Source: Podarcis filfolensis (lineage: Eukaryota). Taken from it: a stretch of DNA of 64,000 nucleotides. The stretch is taken from NCBI GenBank assembly GCA_964270895.1, contig OZ185439.1; one strand, written 5' to 3'. The notes under the pieces are model-generated. The model was not told where the DNA came from. It ran no database searches and was given only the letters and a program-made list of their open reading frames with translations. Shown here in pieces: positions 62,231 to 64,000 of this stretch. A program made the translations under genes and the position numbers. Each line of letters begins with the position of its first letter. Position 1 is the stretch's first letter.

Positions 62231-64000
62231 TACACTAGCCATAACTGTGAAGGGCCATTCATGTAATGGTTCTAATGTGCATGTTCCTTAATAAATACCT
62301 TAAATGAAACTAGATTCAGATACATTCACTACTTCTTCATTTGCTGAGATAACACAATGCTTGTTAATGTGTTGAGTGCTCTAAGGAACATTAGGCTGAA
62401 TTGAAAAGAAGTTGAGGGAGGATTAAAAAAAATAGAAACGATGGAAACTTGGACAAAGCTTCTCTTGGTTAGGAGTAGTGTTTATGCACAATTCCCTTCT
62501 CTTGTCATTTGTGCAGTTATATATTACCTTTTACCTTGCTTTCTCGCTTCCCCAAGGCCTCACCTAAATGTTCAGCACACTATGAAAGACTAAGTGTTGC
62601 AGTAAATTACACAATAGTTCAGAAAGTATGCAAATTTAATTTAGTAAATAATTACTCTTGAGTGAGGAATTGGGATTTTGGTGGAATTGAGCTGAACACT
62701 GTTAATGGATCTCAGATGAATATTGTGGGTGGTCCAGTCACAGTCTAGATATCTAGAAACAGTTACAAAATGTGCTGAGTGTTTTGTTTTTATTTAACAT
62801 CTAATTATTTAGTTACATACTTTGTCTTTGCTGCTTCTAGGAATTAATTCCAGCAGAGTCTTCAGCTGCATCAGCAAATTCTTAAGATGCTGTCTGCAGA
62901 CTGATACAATTTTTCAGCTTTTTCTGTATTAATTAGAACACTCTTGTAAAATTTGTCAATTATCTGTTGTTTTATGTACAGATGCAGTCACTGCTTTCCA
63001 GTTAAAGTGATAAGTCTTTCAATTACAGGAAGAAATTATATTAGCAGCTAATAGTTTCCAGAGACATGCTTTTGGATAATGGATGGGCATGTTAAGTGTA
63101 GGACCATTTTTGTGACATACAGTGCTTAATTAACTTCATTTGTTTTGGAAGAATGCATAGGAAATAGCTGTTTAAATCAAACTCATTGGGCTGATCTGTC
63201 CCATCTAGCTGTATTCTGGAAGGTAAACACTGCAGGTCTAGCAGTTCATTATATTTTGCTTTGAAAGGGCTTTAGTTAAGATGGTCTTCCCCAACCTGGT
63301 GTGTGCCAGATGTGTTTTGGACTATAACTTCCATCAGCTTTCTGTTACAGGGATAATATAGGTTGCCACTTTCAAAAGAAACTAAGGCAATTGCATCTTT
63401 GGCCTATCTTCTCAGCTGTTTCTGAAATAACCTCATGACAGATATTACTGCGAGTTCGTATGACCCCCTTTGTGTGCTCAAATTAGGAGGGGGGGGAAGC
63501 AAAATAGGGGCACTAATTGCACAACCTTCCTTGTTTCCAAGGTAGCTATTAAAATCTTAACACTTTTCGATTTCCCATATATGCAGTTCCACAGTCCCCA
63601 GAGCTACAATTATTTCCTTGCCGTGGGGCGTTTATTTTTTCTTGTTACTAAACCTATAAGAGAGGTCATGGAGTGAAGGCCTATTCAGTGATAACATAGT
63701 GAAAGATAGATCTAATCTTCAACAATACATACCTGTTTGAAAATGGTTACAAGTTCCTTCTTAAAGCAAGAATCTAATGGGTTCCTTCCTCACAAGGAAC
63801 ATCATTTTCAAATGTTGCAACAAATAGGCTATCTTTACATGTGCACAAGAAATGTGACTCATGAAAGAGCATTTAGACTATAGCCCCCACCCCGAAGTAC
63901 CCTTGATGGGTGCATAGAATGGTTAAAACCTGTGACGTTTTATATAGAAGTGTTCCTGATATGCAGAATATAATAATCTGAATTTTTTTAGTGCCGATTA

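Noticed and set aside
1-64000. CRISPR arrays, operons, viral or mitochondrial insertions, snoRNA genes
   Set aside because: No repeat-spacer array, no dense coding, and no recognisable viral, mitochondrial or box C/D or H/ACA features by eye; a database search could still reveal short degraded inserts.

Overview
Vertebrate genomic DNA, most likely a squamate reptile and probably a lacertid lizard (inferred from Sauria-type SINEs, a Squam3-like SINE and many TA-flanked CAGTGGTACC MITEs). The only protein-coding gene I can support is ARMH3 (C10orf76) on the + strand. Four internal coding exons (3283-3365, 4410-4536, 5942-6017, 41452-41530) splice in frame via GT-AG introns to ...[121 protein letters not shown]...; none is called correctly by the ORF track. 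The rest is intron (one of 35,434 bp, and more than 22 kb after the last exon seen). It carries decayed L1, L2 and CR1 LINEs, SINEs, Tc1/mariner- and hAT-type MITEs (some with exact TSDs, two nested), several solo-LTR-like elements, microsatellites and repeat-free motif-dense blocks that may be enhancers. No rRNA, true tRNA, CRISPR or prokaryotic features. The best novelty candidate is three sequence-unrelated LTR-like elements that each hold a decayed reading frame with an acidic region (Trp-dotted in two) followed by a basic R-x-S-x-R(L) motif, suggesting an LTR-encoded small protein. Other leads: a GNRA-capped hairpin in unique sequence, a 135-nt near-perfect palindrome in a MITE, and a MITE carrying NRF1/CRE/ETS motifs. 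Repeat family names and many repeat boundaries are by-eye recognition, not database hits.
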